Source of the DNA: Bipalium vagum
Lineage: Eukaryota
Assembly (NCBI GenBank): GCA_037834085.1
Contig: JBBMKC010221681.1
Coordinates: forward strand, 1 to 33,909
Direction: 5' to 3'
DNA: 33,909 nucleotides
The notes beneath the pieces were generated by a model. The model was not told the DNA's origin. It was given only the letters and a program-made list of their open reading frames with translations, and did not search any database. Shown here one piece after another: positions 13,187-28,400 of the stretch; positions within the stretch are counted from its first letter, which is position 1, and each line of letters opens with the position of its first letter. The position numbers and the translations under genes were made by a program.

Positions 13187-14554
13187 CAATAAAAATAATA
13201 TTCAATTAAAATTGTTTTTAAGTCATTTCAAATTTCTATTTAAATATTTTAATCGATAATTCATTATTTATTTCATTAATTTAATATAAATGAAAATCTT
13301 AAAATATTTATTATAACTGTTAATAAACGTAAAAATATAAGTAAGAAATTACCAAGATCATTGACTTCTTGGGAAATTAGATTGGTAAGAAATTCGACAA
13401 TTGTGCCATTACTTTCGTGTATGTTTACCAAGCAACTTGCTACTTCTTCTCTTAACTTTACTGGCAAATTTTTTTCAAGGAAGAGAATTAGATCGAGATA
13501 ATTTTTAATGGCAATCTAAAAATTCCACTTTAAGAAAATTTGTACTAGTATTTAAAGGATAATCAATAAAAAAATTTTAAAAATCGCGTTTACATGTAAC
13601 ATTATACAATGCGAAAAATGTATTTGTCTATCCACCTTACCTTACCTTTCTTTAGTAAATTTTGGTGCCAGTATTTATTCAAAAAAAGAGTCTCCAACAA
13701 AATTCGAATGTCAAAATAAAAAATTTTTTTGAAGATAATATTTGAAAAATTGTTATAGCCAAAAATAAAATTATAATAATAGCACTTTATTTTATCAATG
13801 TATTGATCACAAAATGAATTTCGATATAAAATCTTAGTATTGCCAAATATATATTATGATTTTAAGAAAAATATTTGAATTTTATTTTTTGGAATCTTAT
13901 TGGAAATTAATTCAAAGGAAGAAGGAATTGAGGATGAAAAAAACGAGAATTGATATTATCATAATGAAAATATCAATATCACACAAAATTCATTTGCATA
14001 GATTCATTAAATGTTTAAAAAGTGGAATTTTGGAAAAAATTTTATCAAATCTTTTATTTACTAAAAGACTTATAAATCTTTTTTTAATTTTTAATATTAT
14101 TAATTTTTGAATATTCTTTTTTGAATATTCTGACTAATTATTTAATATATTTCATTTTTTAATATGCTTATATAACACGAAAATTATAATTATTTATTAA
14201 ATTTAATTATTTATTTTTTAAAAAGCCATGTTTTATTTTATATTAAGCTCTTGAAAAATTATAAATAGACCTTTAATTTTTTTTAATTTATCAAAATTGT
14301 TAGATTCTTAGTTTCTACACTTTAGATTATTACACATCAATAGTCCTTCATTTCCATAAAAAAAATATATTGAAAGCACCCTTAATCATTCATTTCTTTC
14401 CAAATGCTTCTTTTTAAATTATTTTGTTTGATCAAATTCAAATTTATTTTTATCTACTCAAATATTCCTCCTTTTGAAAATGACAATACTTTTCTTCATT
14501 TATCGGCTTATATTGTAACAATAAAATTCACAAACTATACTAATTTTTATCTAT

Positions 14555-14589
<35 letters not shown>

Positions 14590-15798
14590 AACTGATAGTC
14601 AACAAAGTGAACAATAAAAGTTCGATACAAGTTTTAATTATATCAAATATATACAAAATCTATAACAGTATCGATTGTTTTCAGTACCTAATATAAATAT
14701 TTTTCAGAAAGTGCTGATTCTTTTCTGAAACATTTAAATATCACCTCCAACGGATTCTTTAAAAAAATCAATTACATTCAATTTATTCACCTGAATTTGT
14801 CTATCATGCACCTTAAATAAAATTTCTAAAAATCAAGATATTTTTTATTATTGTTTGAATAACAAAATGACAATTTTCACACAATTTAATCAAAAATTTC
14901 CTTAATGTTAAGCAAATTACAATAAAAGATCAAAAAAGTAAAAGTAATTAAATATTATAAATATTTAATTAGTAAAGTTAATTTAATATATACTCATAAA
15001 AAATATTAAATAAATAATACGAATTTCTTTAAAACCATAAATTCTAAAAATTTCAATCACGAGTATAATAATTTCTTTATTTTAATTTTCAATTTTTTAG
15101 TTCAATCTCTGTTATTCACAGCATCAATGAGTCAAGTATTTAAAAATAAAAATCCCATTATACATTACACGTATATACATAAAAGAATTGTAGAATAATA
15201 CCCGAAGGGCCTGAGAGTCAGAATTAACATAATTCAATATCATTATTTTCACAATCAAGAATTATTTGACTTAAGTTATTCCTTGAGAAAAATATAAGGA
15301 TCAATAATTAAAATTCGAATCATTTTAATTTTGATGAAGACGGTAGCACAACGCAAGCCGTCAATCAATTTACAAATCTTATCCAAATATTTGTTCACTA
15401 ATGAAACTCGAATCAAAAGTCTTGTGCAGGATGACTTATGGATTACTTAACAGCCAAAACAATATCAAACAAAAATCATTAAAAGTAATTTATAGATAGA
15501 AAAAATTATTTCCAAAATAAAATAATTTTTAGTCTACTTACTTTCTTAACACTTCCTAATGTTAAAGTGAAAATGAAATATTATTAACCAATAAATAAAG
15601 GTTAACATAATTGATTTCTTATATTTATAATTAGCAATAATTACAAACATTCAAACATTGAGAACTTTCGATTTACGGGTTAATAGTATTATCATTTATA
15701 ATTTATTTCTTACTATAATTATCAAAATTAGTAACCATGTGTAAAACACAATATTTTTACCATTAAATAAATTCAAGATTTATTATTATTATTTTTAA

Positions 15799-15854
<56 letters not shown>

Positions 15855-18462
15855 TAATATTTATATTTATTATTAGTGCTATTAATATTATTATACTCAT
15901 TTTAAATTAAATTTTGATCATAAAGAGCATTATCACCAAAAATTTTCAATTAAAATAATGAAATGAAACCTGGGCCAGCATATCATACGATTCGCATTTC
16001 AGTACTTTTAATGCCTCATAACGTAATTTAACGCGCAGCTGAATGGGATTTGTATTTAGATCCGGTAGGATATCGAGCGATTTGATATTAAACCAAGCTT
16101 GAATTTCATTCTTACTACTGAGATTGGCGATAGTAAACATAGCACCACCTTGAACAAAATATCAATACGATCATTTCATCACTTAAGTTCATTTATCTTT
16201 ACCAATGCATTGCATACTGTTTTTTCTTTTTTTCTTTTTAGAATGTTTAATCGGATCAGGTTCTTTATAAAGATTGATACTTAACGTTTTAAAATGCGGC
16301 AAATTACTGAATTAAAAAAATGAAACCAAATTAAATGATAGAAGTAAATGAAATTGTTTTAAAATATTTCAAATTTTTGTTTAGGTTATAAAAGGAAAAC
16401 AATTTAGATCCACATATTTTTATGGAAAAATTGAAAGTTATAATTTTAAAATTTTTATAAAAAATCAATAATATTTTTTTATTTCAATGACTTCTGTAAT
16501 ATTTTTAAGTAAACAATAACAAAATAAACAATATGTTATAAGTAAACAAATAAGAAAAAAATATTTTTTTAAAACACAAATCAGAAATTTTTAATACCAA
16601 AAATTATGATCCAAATTTGTTTATTAAATTTAAAAATTTGTTTTTGAATGATCTCTACATATACTAAATAAAATATTATCATTGGAATCAAGAAATCAAA
16701 AAACTGATTAAAAAATATTTTACTCTATTTACTTGGCTATCACTTGAATGTATTAAAAATATTTTAAATTAACATAAATAAACCAAAAAATATTCCATGA
16801 ATTTCGATTTTCTTTTCATTTACATTAGGAAATATTAGTTCATATTTATTTAACAATTTGTATTCAGATAAAGTTTAATTCAATTATCATAAAATGAAAT
16901 ATTTAACTGTTCATGAATCAAAAAATTATTAAGAGCCAAATAGATGAGATGAACTCAATGAGGTTTATCAGCAAATATAAATTACGGGGCACAATTAACA
17001 GTTTTACCTTTGTTGACAAAAAAATATATTTATGTGGAATATTTATTGTATGTAAATTCAGATTACATATAATTGTTTTTTTAATGTACATATTTAATTG
17101 TACATATTCATATAACATTTTTCATTTATCTTTTAGATTTTAATTTGTAATCATGAAGAAACAAGGTGAAATATTTGCATCTTTCAAAAATGAATTTTCT
17201 ATTTGTAAGACTCTTTCATTCGTTGAGAAGGCTTTCCCAGAATGTCCGCCATCATATCAACAGGTGAACAAAGTAGGTACTGGTGGTCCAGTTTCACTGA
17301 CAATAAATGATGATGCCGAAAAAAATTTGAAAGCTGTTGATGGAAACCCATTCCTTGCTCTTCGGAAAATGTCAGATAAGTTTGATATTCCTCGTAATGT
17401 CTGCCTGCACGATCCACTATAACTGCAACAGTGTACAATGATAGTTGCCTAACACTTGCATTTGCAATTATTAAAGGAAAAAAAGCAAAACGTTTCTTTC
17501 ATTCATGAAAATGCGCTCTCCACGTTGCACAAATTGTCAAAGATTCTACTGCGACAGTTCTTAAACATCCCCCATACTCACCCGATCTGTCACCTTGTGA
17601 CTAATTATTGTTTGACCGTCTAAGTCAATTATTAGCTATTAAAAAATTCACAATGACCAAATGCTAGATAATGTAATAACAGCAATTTTTTCCACACCAA
17701 CTGAAAAATTTGAGGCAGCTTTTTAACAATGGATCGAAAGATTGGAGATGATGGCCCTAACCCATGATAATTATGTTTATGAAAAATTTCTGGATTAACG
17801 TATTACTTTTTTATCTAAATTTTGTGTTCCGTTTTTTATAAAAATAGTTTTTTTGTCAACCAAGATATTATAAGTGCAAATTTTTACTAAAAAATCGAAT
17901 TTATTCTTTTTATTTAATAAAGAACATGGAAATAATATATAGAAATACGAAATAAAATTGGTCAAATAAATTGTTTATCACTTTAATTTAATAATTAATT
18001 CTTAATTAAAATTTTAAATTTCAATTTAAAAAACTGTCCTAATTTTCAACATAATACAGTAAATACATCATTTTTATTAGTCAAAGTGTAATAAATATTG
18101 GATGTTATGTTAATATTTAATTGATTTCTGATTTTCTAGAGACACAAATTTTATTTATTGTTGATTTTTATTGTAAGAAAATACTATCTAATATTTTCTT
18201 AAATTTAGGCAAAATTTTATATATCAATAGAAAATAGATACTACAAAACAAATAAACGACGTTTTGATAAATAAACTTTAAATATTTCATTTACCATTTG
18301 AAATAAAAAATTAATTTCGATACAATTCGCAATAACATGATAGGATGTTAATTTTTATATTATTCTTATACAATAACAGAAAATAAATATCTCTGATCTT
18401 ATACTTTTTACTTTTTATAATAATTCTCAGTTGTACCAGTAACTCCAGATTTAAATTTTGTA

Positions 18463-18499
<37 letters not shown>

Positions 18500-21400
18500 T
18501 TTCAGAAAATCCTTGTTAAAAAAAACTTATTTAATTGTAAAATAAATTTCATTTTTCACATGATTAAATTTTAAATCTACCAAATATAACCTGTAAGATG
18601 ATCGAATAAAACCCCTATAATTTTCTCATTGAGTACAGAAAGAATAACAGATAAAACAAGAATTATTTATTTTTTTTAAGAAAATACAAATCAACATATT
18701 ATTGATAACCTACACTTACTTAATTAACAAACTTTATTTTAAATAAAACTATTCATTTAAAAATTTAATTAAGTAAACCTTTAAGTATTAATTAAATCTT
18801 AACAGATATAATTAAAACTTTCTAAAAAACTTTTACAACAGTATATATTCCAGTACTTTTGGTGACAATTTTAAGAACTTCCAAAAAGGCCTTAATATGT
18901 TAGTTGACACAATAAATTAAGATGCTAAATAACAAAATACAAAATTGATTTTCTTCAATCAAATATATATCTGTTAAATCCAATTGTCACTCAATAAAAT
19001 TGTGACGAAAATGAAAAGAAATTAGTGTAATCACTTAAAAAATGAAAATATACAAAAATTTATTTAAAAAACAGATTAAAAATATTGTTAAAATAATTCT
19101 AAAGATTAATTAATATTTCCTTATTGTTAGTAAGTCAATATATGAAAATTTTCAATTTTATTGACAAACTTTGATTTTGAAAAAATATTTTATAAATATA
19201 ATCGTTAAAAAGTCAATTATTATTATTATTTTTATTATTATTTTTTTTTATTATTATTATTATTTATTATTATTATTATTATTATTAGTCTAATATATGT
19301 AAGTACAACTTCTAGAATGTATGAATTTAAACTATAAATTACATTTATATTATTATGTAAAATAACTTTGAAAACATTTTAATTTTTAAAAATTATTAAT
19401 CAATAAATAAAAGTTCCGTATTAAAATAATCATTAAAATGTCTTAATTGAATTTATTTTTAATTGATTTTAGTTGTATAATTATTTTTTTCTATTAGGTT
19501 GTAAAGTTCAAAATCCAACTTATTATAAACTAATTTTTGAGACCATATTTCTCAACAATAAATTTTAAAAAAATTATAATTACTATTTACTTAATGTTAG
19601 TAACATGTTGTTTTACTGATTAGTTTGATTTAATAATTTTGATCAGCATTCTTGCATGTTTTGGGGTGTAAAATTTCAGTTGTTGGGTTGCAAAATCAAG
19701 GATTAATCCTGGAATTTTTGATAAAATATCCATGCCAATTATACATTCGAGTTCATTATTTTCCATCACTTTTAATGTATGATAAATATCATGACCCATT
19801 ATTCTAATGATACTTCTGCATGTGCCTAATAAGGGTACTGATTTGCCGTCTACACCTATCACTGATATTGGAGATGTGTTAACTGAATCTTGCTCTTCCA
19901 AATTTAGTATTCGAGCGTCGATAAGGGATGTTTGTGCTCCAGTATCTACTAGAGCCAGAACTCTATGTTTATTTACTCTGATCGTAATCATAGGTCGGGT
20001 TTCGTTGGTTATAAATGAATTTCTTACACAATTTATACTAGATGGCGGTGAATTATTGTCAATTCTAGTTATATGGTGAAAATTAAAATCAGTAAATATA
20101 TCCATTTGATAGATCAATGAGGGATTTTGTTGCATGTTGACTGTGGCATTATATTCTGCCAAAGTTAATAAGGTTATAAATTCTGTTTAAGTTATAGAAG
20201 AGGCCAGTCTCGTCCATATTATATATATTAATTAAACTGGCAATTTTTAAAAATTAGTAATTAAAAAGAAAGTATCATGAAAATAATAATAAAAGAGTTT
20301 AAAATTATATATATAATATCTTTTAGTTTTGTAATAATTTTCAGTTTCAAAATAAAAGATATCTAATTTACCAAGATAAAATATTGGGGCTATCAAACAT
20401 TTTTAATCCTATTAGAAACTGAATTTTTTCTCAGTCATAAAAAAATGTTTGACATTTACATTTTTTTCATTATATATAAGAAATCCTATGTTTGAGTATT
20501 TGGTTCTTTAGTAACAGAACTTTTTATTAATTGTATTATTAATTGTATTTTTATTAATTATATTGTGATCAAAATTTAAAATTTTCTATTTCTCACAAAT
20601 CAAATTTGATAAAAAGAAACATTAACTGATTTAACAATAAAAACAATCAGTAACAGACAAAATAAAAGAAATTAAATAAATATTTATAATACAATGTGGT
20701 GTGATAAAAACACACTCTGTCATGTATCTTTTGAAATAAGATTTTAGTTTCTAAGGAAATCTCTAAATAAATATATTTATGTATGAACGATATACAATCA
20801 ATAAACGAACTCAGTGAGAAACACATTTGAAACACTTTCTACGAAACACATTATATAATAATTATCATCAATAGTTACTGAGGTAACGATAATTAATTTA
20901 ATTTCATGTATTCAAGAACATTAAAAATCCCTTTCTGTTAATAATCAAATTTTAGTTTCAGTAAACCAAGATATTAAAGTACAGTCTGTCACACTCAGTA
21001 GCTCACAAAACACCAAGAGATATGGTAAGAGGTCCGACAATCATATCACAATATTGATGATTAATTTCTGATTAAATCATCAATAATTTCCAATTTTAAC
21101 TCAATTGCAGTTGCGGGTAATCTTCTCGTTTGGTCTCATTTTCGTTTTTAAAAAATTGTTTATATATATTTTCAATTTCAGATGTAATAGTTCTTTCAAA
21201 CAGATTTAGACAATCTTAGTTTAGTGATTAATTCATTCATAATATACGTATATCGACAAGAATGGAACATGAAAATGAATTTACTAACTTGAGCACAATG
21301 TCTTCGGCCCAGAACACAGTACCATCACTATTGGCCAATTTACTTGTGGTTTTGGCAAGTATGACCTTATCAACGCTCACTTCACAGAAATATCTGAAAT

Positions 21401-22437
21401 CGAAGACAAGTTAATAACGGAAGTGAAAATGAAGACCAAATCACACAAACCTCCGTTGAGTTGAAAGATACTTGGATTCAAATACGGTTATTTTGAGACT
21501 ATTATTGAGTCGATTTTCGTTTTCAAAATTTGGTTTCAATGTTTGTTGCAATCTGAAAGAAATTAACATCAGAATAAAATATCGACCATAATTCATTTTT
21601 TCATGATACAAATATATTCAAAAATCGATGAAAACCAAAAAACCAATAAATTGATATTATACTTGTCTGTATTATGTGCTAAAACCGAAATGTTACAATA
21701 AGCAATACATCCGTTCACAAATAGAAACTCATCCAAAACGAAGTTTGAAACCAAAGTTCATTGATCCAACTTTTGAAAATATGAACATTATTTTAAATGA
21801 AAACTTAATTCCCCTTTTCAAAAATCTAAAAGAAAATCTCGATATTACAGTTTTTGGCTACAAAAAGTAAAGATCCTAAGACTTTTGCGTTGATCAAAGA
21901 AGAGTATTTGTGAAATTATTTGTGAAATTATGCATATTTTGTTAAAAGATGATTCTAAGCTAAAAAATGATAACGGGTTATTGATCACTGAAAGTTAGGT
22001 CATACATATTAATTATGATTATATAAATAAATAAAAGAAACTAATCAAAGAAGAATAACATTTTTCGATATGTTCAAAAAACGGTTTTTTTAACATATGT
22101 TCAAGAAATAAAAATGTCAGTTATAAGAATTGTGACAGAAAGATGATTAAAAACTAACAGTACCGTAACGATTTTATATTTTCATAATAAAATATGAATT
22201 CAATGATGCACTTTTAATAAAAAAGAAAATTATCTATTATATATGCTTCTTTCATAAATTTTTTGTCAGTATTTAGGCCATTATATTTTAATTTTATTAT
22301 CCATTATTTCATTTTTTTTTAATGTTTCTTCGAAGAAGTAATCAATTAACATGACTGTCGATTTGAAATAATTTAATTGGAATAAATAATAATAATATTA
22401 TTAATATTATTAAGAATAATAATATTAATAATAACAG

Positions 22438-22468
<31 letters not shown>

Positions 22469-25400
22469 TATTATGAAATCACGTAATAATAATGGAAAAA
22501 AATTGTATAATATAAAAGATTAGATTCAATTATTTTATTAATTAAATGATAAGTACCTTCTCATCCAACATTGCTTTTCCAATAATGATCTTGCGGCAAA
22601 TATTCTTTTTGTCATTATCAGACCCTTTAAATTACTATCGTAACCAGAATCGGAATTTATATCAACAGCTAAACTAGTCACACTAAAGCAGTGAGATCTG
22701 TCACCCACTAAACTCGGGTGCACATCGGTAATAATGGAATCTTTTTGCAAATTATGACGAGCCATGCATATGGACGAAATATCTATTGTGAGGTCTCCAG
22801 TAGACTGGGTGATAAGCTGGCTGAAAGAATTTAATTCTTTGATTATGAATGAAAAAATAAATACGAAATAAAGTCTGAAACATTCAACCAATCTACCTAA
22901 TCTCAGATGGATTAGACATGATGCATTATTCACAAAAATCGTTGATGGGTCATAATGAATTTCATTTACGGCTGAACTACTACTAAAATTATTATTATTA
23001 TTACTATTATTGGTAATTTTTGGTTATTGTTATAAAACAAATACAGTTGCAAAATAATCGATTAGTCGTTATTTTTAATGTATTCACATCGACTTCTAAT
23101 TAGTTATATAATTAAGGATCGAAATCATTAAATCACATTTCCAAAATTCAAAGATTTGTATAATCATATATAATTTAATACATGGTAATCGTTTTCATAA
23201 ATATACAGAAATGAGATAAAGAATCATTTAAAAGACTTAAAATGAGATATGATTTGTGTATAAAGTTATGGAAAACTGTTTTTTAAAAATTCAATTTTAA
23301 GTGAAAACTTGCTAACTTGAAATTAAAACCAAAATTTTTGATCAATATTAAATCACTAAAATTTCATATTACAAAGTAATTAAACACGAAATGGATAAAC
23401 ACAAATGTTTTAACACAAATGACGCTTTATGGATAAAATTATGAATAACTTCAAATTGATTTGTCGGTCACAGATTGAGATTTTAATATAATTTCGAAAT
23501 TATTTCATTGAAACATTTCAGAAACAGTACTATTCAAAAAAACCATTGATAAAATTGATATCATTTCTCCTTATGTGAGAATAATAGAACTTATACTATT
23601 TTTAAAAACAGAAAAAAAATTATTAGATAATTTTAATTTTCACTAATTTTGTTTCTTACCAATAGATCTCATAAAATCTTGACATTGACTTGTGAAGGAC
23701 TCTCGTGGTGATGATTTTAGACGAATAACTCACATTTTCATAATTTCGCATTGGTACAAAATTATAAGAACTCGCTTTTATATAATAGGTGTACAGCTAT
23801 AACTCAATTTTGCCAATTATGTTTTTAATTTTTAATAATGAAATTTTTGCATTTTATGTCGTTTATCTGGAAATATAAAAATGTCAAAAAAGACTACATA
23901 AAAGATTGCCCGTTAAACTGTACAGAATTTGAGAAATATTATTAATGATGAAAATGATCTGTAATTCTTAATTACTTTGATTTGAGTCAATGTCAGTTAA
24001 TTTTAAAAATAATACTTACACACCTAATAAAATAATAATTATCAAAGTCATTTAATTACCAAATAATAGATGAAAAAATGTAAAATAAACCAAGCCTTCT
24101 TAAATTTACTCACAGAATTACCTTGGAAGAGCTGTGTGAGATTGACTCGCCACAATTATAAAGCTGTATAACAATATTAATAAATAATTTATTAACAGAA
24201 AAGGTTTTAATTAGAAAAATAATGAATAGTGCAAAAATTTGAAAATTCTTCATATCAATTCAGTACCATTCAGTAACGTGTATCATTTTGAAAAATTTTC
24301 TTGACATAAACTGGCTTATATTTTTGACAGGTAATAATTAGTAATACATTATCATACTTTTGAAAATCTTAACTTATTTCAAAATAGAATTTGATTATAA
24401 GAGTCCAAGCGATCTTTATCATTTCTATTATTCTCTTTATAACTAATAAAAATTATTTTAATAGGTTCAGTAAATAAAATATTCAATTTTAGTAAAGTTC
24501 CAATTTAATAATAATAATGTTTCATCAAAATGAAGAGTAGATAGAAAAAAGCACTAAAATTACTTAGGTTTCAAAATGCTTCGTGGACTTTTCGATTCAG
24601 ATTTCTCTTCTGATTTTTTCCTATTAAGTCTACTTAGACTCAAGCTGCGTTTTAAATTGGAAACAGACTTTGTTGGTAAACTAAAATTTCAATAGACTTA
24701 ATTGTGTTAGGAATTATTGGACAAATAAAAAAATGAAAAAAATATCGATTTTCTTTTACAAAATTTTACAAAAATAGCACAAACCTGCTTTCAAAATGTC
24801 CTTCTTTCCCTGATGAAGGTAACGAGGAATTCAATTTCATGTTACTTTTTGCACGACGGAAAAACTTACTGCCGTTTCGTAAAATACCACTCTTGATGAA
24901 AAAATAACAATTATAATGTTTGGTCGATAATAATAATTTTGAAATGTATGGATAACATTATAAAAAATACTGTTAATTAAAGTAATATTGATATTAATTT
25001 GAAGCTCAAAATTGACAAATTAATTAAATTAACCTATTTAAAGATTGAATACTGCAGTTTAAAAAATAGGTCATTTTACATTGATTGGTAAATACATAAA
25101 TGTATTGAATTTTTAATAAAAGAAAGTTTTTTTTTAAGTTTAAAAGTTGATCGAATAGAAATGAATGAGTTTATTGGTCATTGTAAAAGAAGGAATGTTT
25201 GAATTCATAAAACACTATTGTATTTTTTACTATAGTCTTCGGGAAAAATCTATAATTCGTTTTTATTTAATTGATAAAAACGGTTTGTTTTCTTCTAATA
25301 GGGAACAATTTTATAAATAGTAACACAATTTCCAATTTAAATAAACAATACAAATAATAGAACAAAATTACCAAATAAATATATAATTGACCACAATAAA

Positions 25401-28400
25401 TATATATCCGTCACACAAGTTCAATTTGACTTCATGAAAAATTCAAAAATCCTGATAAAATATACAGAAATTATTTTTTATTGATTTCATCTTTTTCTTT
25501 TCAAAAGTGGAAAATTCGAAAATAAAATAATTTCACAAGGCTTTGATAAAAAAAACTTTTATTTCAGCAGATTAAATCACAGAAGATTGAATTTCAACAA
25601 AAAACTCCATTTCATATGCATAACTCCTTTAGATCACAAAAAAATCTCGGTGCTTTCTTTGAACAATATTTCCCGGTTAAATTGCGTTTTAAAATCGAAA
25701 TTAACAAAATAAAGTATATTTTGACAAGGGAATTTTTTCTGTTGTTGTCACTAGTAACATTTGATGCTCACATTTAACAGGTGTGTATAAATCTCTTAAC
25801 GATGTTTGTAAATGATGATTACAGTAAAAAGACTTGTAGAAAAATGGTTTTTAAATATTTGAATCCCAAACCACTCCCGTGCACAATATTAAAATAATAA
25901 TCCAATTTTATTTAATTCAAACTTTACAATGTAATCTTAAAGTCAATTAATATCTACCAATAGGAATTATATTTCCAAATTACATAATTTACGTGCATTT
26001 CCAATACCATCTTGAAAAAATTCATTAAGAAAATTTTGTCCTTTATTCAGTTAAGTATGTCTGGCTTATTTGTATTGATTTGTAAACAATGTTTCTTTAA
26101 ATAACGTAATTGTAATTTTTAAGTTAACTGTGCAATTATCAAAAATCTTTTGACATGTCGTGTTAACAAACACGATTGACGAATTAAGCAAAATATGGGA
26201 ATTCTTCACTGAACAAATATCTTAAAAGTTTGTTTGATTTTAGGAATTGAAAAAAATTATCAATATGAAATACTATTGACAAATCGAAGTCTGAGCCCAC
26301 AATTGAAACCCTTTATTATTTAAATAGACTAACCACAGTTTTATGTTGAAAGTCATCGTATCAATCAATTTATTTCATGAACACAAAACATTCTTATTAA
26401 TACTAATTAAAATTCATAAAAACCGTTGAAGATTTTTAAGCATAAAGCATCTTGTTTTTTCTTTTTGAAGAACATGTATATATAAGCCTCAAATTTTCAA
26501 TTATTGTCAGCGTTTTTTGTGTATTCTTTTGTTTATAATTGGAATTGTTTTAAAAACCAAATATTTTTTGTTTCGACTTTTAATTTTGATTTTGAAAAAA
26601 ATTCTTTAAAAAGAAAGCGAATGATTTTTTGAAAAATGAAAGGCGTTGAACGATTAACTTATCTCCAGATGAGCAAAGTACATTTATATTATGTGAAAAT
26701 CTGCCAATTTTCTTTATTAAAAAATCGATTTATATTGATTTCATAAAATTTTATTAGTAAAAAATTCAATTTACAATTTATTTAAAGAAAAATATAAAAT
26801 TGAATTTAAACCATTGTGAATTAGAAAGCGGATTAAGAACAAATTAAAAGGAGAGATGTCACGTGTCACAGATTAAAATTAGTTAACTTCATAATAAAGA
26901 ATTAGATTCTTCAGGGCATATTTGTGAGATTTTTTCATTTGAAAATTAGAATCAACTCAGAAAAGATTCTTTCATAATATTCAAAGAAATATTGATATAT
27001 AATAATTTTTAAAGGAAGATTTAATGTTAAAAATAAATTAAATTGATATTTCATATATAATGAAATTATTGAATCCAATTGTAATAAAACTCATTATTAT
27101 TATTACTACAAAACATAATTAAATTTCAAACATTAAAGATAGTTTTTAATTATTCAAGAATAAGCTATTTATATTGTTATTCTATTTAGTTCATCATCAT
27201 TAAAGTACATAATACAATAAAGCTTATTTGAACCAACAACTTTAAGGATTTTTAATATATATCATCCACTCAGCTTAACACAATATCTTTATAATTTCAA
27301 TAATATTCACAATTTTAGATAAATTAATTTTCTTAATTCAAGTGAACGTATTTATATTAAATATTATTTTATATATAATTCACTGACCCAAATTAACTAG
27401 ACTATATAAATCAATATCAAATGACAATTTTCTTGCACTCACAAAATGATCTGAGATTGATATAGTAGTAAATTTCATGTGTCACCATTTGGTGTTGTAC
27501 GAGCAAATTCTGAATTATTAGATTTGTATTTATTAGAATGCCTGTTAAAGCTTTAAAATTAAAAACAGAACCAATTAATCAATTTTGTCAACATAATAAC
27601 ATAATCCTTGAATTTTTTTGGATTGAGATTAATATTTGATAATATTCAAAATATTGAATTGAAATCTTCTGGAATATCAAGATTTTTTTGTTATCGATAT
27701 CCAAAGAAAGTAATTTTAAGATAATCAAGTAAGGAATATATAATGAAGAATTTTATATTAAAATCCCTTTTTGAAACCTTCTATTTCCGGTTTCAATCCT
27801 TTCATTTATCGATTATCAAACTTGATAATTATTTATGGTTTAAAATGTAATAAATGACTGAAAACCAAAAATATTACAATGTATTATCTTTTGTACCTCG
27901 TTCACGTCTTCAAGAATCTAATTTGATGAAAACAGCACAACCGAGACAACATGTAGCCTAGTTAATCGAAAAGACAGCTTTTGTTTATATTTAATGAAAG
28001 TTTATTAAAAAAAAGAACTCCACAATACACAAGGTAAAATATTCAAAGATTGTTATTCTTCATTTAAATTTTGAAAAAGGTGTATTATGAAAATTAGATA
28101 TCTTAGTTTACCTATAGTTGGAGTTTTAAAAGGTTTAATTCAAACTATAATTTTTTTCTTTATACTATAATTAAATCAAATATACTCAAATTTGGATTAA
28201 AACCTTGGAATAAGTAAATATGAAGATAAATCTTGAATAATCCAATTTTTAAGATCTATTTACTCCTATATTTCTCCTTATAAGTCTTCATAACTGAACT
28301 TGAGAAATAAAAAAAATTGTCAAAAGTCAAAATTTTTTAAAACGTAAAACTTTATACAATTTATTCAAATTCGTTCTAAAAATTCAGGACTTTAAAATAT

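Noticed and set aside
13023-13205. Poly-Tyr/Cys ORF
   Set aside because: Translation of the (TAA)n(CAA)n microsatellite.
15328-15365. TGATGA plus GACGG...CCGTC hairpin, loosely echoed near 27922, as a C/D snoRNA or ribozyme relic
   Set aside because: No D box (CTGA) at a suitable distance and no GAAA; similarity is too short.
19620-20190. Exonisation of the retropepsin into the RasGAP mRNA
   Set aside because: The nearby CAG acceptors are out of phase with exon 11 and reach a stop within a few codons.
21052-21085. 11-bp perfect inverted repeat
   Set aside because: AT-rich and short; expected by chance in this composition.
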